NCBI GenBank assembly: GCA_013152475.1
Contig: JAADGH010000162.1
Location: forward strand, 45,994-109,993
DNA: 64,000 nucleotides
From: Planctomycetota bacterium
GTDB lineage: Bacteria > Planctomycetota > Brocadiia > JAADGH01
Direction of reading: 5' to 3'
Part shown: piece after piece, positions 62,753 to 64,000 of the stretch
Layout of the letters: every line of letters begins with the position of its first letter
Numbering within the stretch: position 1 is the first letter of the stretch
Made by a program: the position numbers and the translations under genes
The notes under the pieces: generated by a model
What the model was told of the DNA's origin: nothing
The model's input: only the letters and a program-made list of their open reading frames with translations
Databases searched by the model: none

Positions 62753-62795
62753 GTCGATTTTTTGTCTTGACAAAAGGAGATGGTGACGGTAATCT
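62740..62795 (+). promoter_or_regulatory. predicted promoter with G-rich box driving the riboswitch operon
   Basis: TGGGGAAACTCCT (62740-62752), 14 nt, TTGACA (62767-62772), 17 nt, TAATCT (62790-62795). Confidence 0.55.
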
Positions 62796-62797
62796 AT

Positions 62798-62995
62798 GGA
62801 GACAATCTGAGAGACCGTTGTCCAACATCTCGGAACACGGTGTGAATCCGTGACGGTCCCGCCGCTGTGATCGCGGACATGGGACGGCAACAGCGCCGGA
62901 GGGCAGGCGCGGCCACTGCTGGGGCTCACCCCAGCGGGAAGGCTGCCGTCACATGGATGATGCGAAAGCCAGAAGACCTGTTGGGTAATGTGATC
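62798..62995 (+). promoter_or_regulatory. cobalamin (B12) riboswitch aptamer
   Basis: Conserved core strings GGAACACGGTGTGAATCCGTGACGGTCCCGCCGCTGTGA (62832-62870), GGCCACTG (62911-62918)...GGGAAGGC (62936-62943), and the B12 box AGCCAGAAGACCTG (62967-62980). The boundaries are approximate. Confidence 0.85.
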
Positions 62996-63017
62996 TCGGG
63001 CTGACCAATGGCAAAGG

Positions 63018-63066
63018 AAAGCCCCGGAAGCAGACCGTGCGCTGCTTGCGGGGCTTTTTTATTATT
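63018..63066 (+). terminator. rho-independent terminator (riboswitch expression platform)
   Basis: GCCCCGGAAGCAG (63021-63033) pairs with CTGCTTGCGGGGC (63042-63054), followed by TTTTTTATTATT. Confidence 0.8.
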
Positions 63067-63100
63067 GAGTGGTGCGCACGGAGAAAAAAGGAGATGGGTC

Positions 63101-63220
63101 ATGGCAAGTGAGAAGAAGAGCGCGGAAAAAAAGGTCGTTGCCTATCGACGCGAGTGCAAGAAGGCCGCAGATGGTACCGGACTGTCCCACTACATCATGA
63201 TGGACTCCAAGAAGAAGTAA
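63101..63220 (+). CDS. 39-aa Lys-rich peptide (candidate RiPP precursor or small basic protein)
   Basis: AAGGAG 7 nt upstream of ATG 63101: MASEKKSAEKKVVAYRRECKKAADGTGLSHYIMMDSKKK. The track ORF 63008..63220 starts inside the riboswitch/terminator, so the internal start is preferred. Coding status unproven. Confidence 0.5.
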   Translation: MASEKKSAEKKVVAYRRECKKAADGTGLSHYIMMDSKKK

Positions 63221-63230
63221 CACAGACAAC

Positions 63231-64000
63231 ATGACAAAGAAAGAAGTTGTGTCGAGGGGGGCCAGGGGCAGGTATGCCAATACCGGCTACGGCCCCCACC
63301 TCGACATCGTGGACATCGGGTCCGACGAATACGTCGCGGTCATCGAAGGGGACACGGCCTTCTGGGCGCTTCTGCCCAAGGGGTCTGCGACCGACGCGAT
63401 CAAAGACGGGACCATTCGGAAGACGTTCCGACGCAAGGCCGATGCGATGCAGCGAGAGATGCAGGCCCTTCGCTTCGGCCTTACGCCATCAGCGGTTTAC
63501 TTCAATCCCACCGAGCGCTGCAACCTCAATTGCAGCTATTGCTACCTGCCCGGCAAGATGCGGCGCAGCGGCGTCAATATGTCGGCGGAGAAGGTCTGCC
63601 GTGCGCTGGGCATTCTAAGGAGCTACTTCAAATCATCGCTGCCGAGGGGCAGAAAGCCTCAGCTTGTTTTCCATGGCAGCGAACCCATGGTGGTGCGGGA
63701 TGCCGTGTTTGCCGGCATCGAGAAGTTCGCCGACGATTTCCGATTTGGCGTTCAGACCAATGCGACGCTGCTGGATGACGAGGCCATTGACTTTCTGCGC
63801 TCGCATGGGGTTGGGATCGGCATCTCCCTCGACGGACATCGGGCGCAGGTGGCCGACCGGACTCGGCACAATTGGTCGGGCGGCGGCAGCTTCCGCAAGG
63901 TCACGAAAATGCTGGAACGGCTGGCCGACTATCCCGCGTTGAATGTGATCTGCACCGTTACGCAGGCGAACGTGCGGTCATTGACAAAGATTGTGGAGTT
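63231..64000 (+). CDS. radical SAM enzyme (anSME/SPASM-type core), 5' part; runs off the right window edge
   Basis: Not in the ORF track (no stop in window). Hand translation from ATG 63231 stays open to 64000: MTKKEVVSRGARGRYANTGYGPHLDIVDIGSDEYVAVIEGDTAFWALL...AVYFNPTERCNLNCSYCYLPG...LVFHGSEPMV...FGVQTNATLLDDEAIDFLRSHGVGIGISLDG. CX3CX2C at residues ~97-104. Confidence 0.8.
   Translation, partial: MTKKEVVSRGARGRYANTGYGPHLDIVDIGSDEYVAVIEGDTAFWALLPKGSATDAIKDGTIRKTFRRKADAMQREMQALRFGLTPSAVYFNPTERCNLNCSYCYLPGKMRRSGVNMSAEKVCRALGILRSYFKSSLPRGRKPQLVFHGSEPMVVRDAVFAGIEKFADDFRFGVQTNATLLDDEAIDFLRSHGVGIGISLDGHRAQVADRTRHNWSGGGSFRKVTKMLERLADYPALNVICTVTQANVRSLTKIVE

Noticed and set aside
36600-62760. Possibility that the recurring repeats form a CRISPR array
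   Set aside because: The copies are tens of kb apart, differ in length and orientation, have no regular spacer periodicity, and no cas genes are present.
63008-63100. N-terminal 31 codons of track ORF 63008..63220
   Set aside because: This part overlaps the riboswitch terminator hairpin and T-run and has no SD. The internal ATG 63101 has AAGGAG at the optimal distance.
63095-63112. Five-codon uORF ATG GGT CAT GGC AAG TGA overlapping the start of the 39-codon ORF
   Set aside because: The spacing from the SD is too short (1-2 nt) and there is no reason to prefer it. Noted only as an alternative reading of the ATGGGTCATGG sequence.
63247-63618. 123-aa ORF in the track (also 63530..63778, 63664..63942)
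   Set aside because: These are out-of-frame ORFs inside the radical SAM gene. The +1-shifted translations are R/P/A-rich, whereas the frame from ATG 63231 carries the CX3CX2C and GSEP motifs and stays open to the window end.

Overview
High-GC bacterial chromosomal window; I saw no rRNA, tRNA or CRISPR array. Gene content (BatA/VWA-type membrane proteins, HEAT-repeat and pseudopilin-like proteins, a PEP-CTERM-locus-type polysaccharide deacetylase) hints at a PVC-like or other uncultured Gram-negative lineage, by inference only. Layout: (i) 1-4200: partial membrane protein, DUF3604-like hydrolase, secreted CBM-like protein, FmdB zinc-ribbon gene. (ii) 4435-5019: decayed IS4-family transposase remnant behind a consensus promoter. 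(iii) 5100-36562: formyltransferase-like fusion gene convergent with a ~30-kb exopolysaccharide locus of 24 co-directional minus-strand genes. These are a Wza-like exporter, OM beta-barrel, two Wzc-like proteins, UpxY/NusG-like factor, Wzx, Wzy/O-antigen-ligase-like protein, four GT-A/GT-B glycosyltransferases, a GtrB-like/GT-C pair, four SAM methyltransferases, an acetyltransferase, a deacetylase, a B12-binding radical SAM, a SPASM-type radical SAM and an ATP-grasp::LMW-PTP fusion. (iv) 36.6-45.4 kb: CPBP protease, 1126-aa secreted protein, an mqsRA-like toxin-antitoxin cassette bracketed by 158-bp direct repeats, a second B12-binding radical SAM gene and gene remnants. (v) 45.4-62.4 kb: phosphohexomutase, a 984-aa membrane protein ending in 20 CxxC (DnaJ-type) motifs, HEAT protein, MFS, ABC transporter with permease::CPBP fusion, two VWA membrane proteins, cutA. 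(vi) 62.7-64.0 kb: promoter, cobalamin riboswitch with intrinsic terminator, a 39-codon Lys-rich ORF and a radical SAM gene running off the window. Best candidates for new biology: the riboswitch-gated peptide/radical-SAM module; a 13-nt G-rich box at fixed distance upstream of six -35 hexamers, partly carried by a hairpin repeat; and the radical-SAM-rich tailoring block plus unusual Wzc/Wzb-type fusions in the EPS locus. All functional calls rest on motif recognition by eye; no searches were run. The ORF track appears to translate GTG/TTG starts as M and to include the stop codon, so several starts are approximate.
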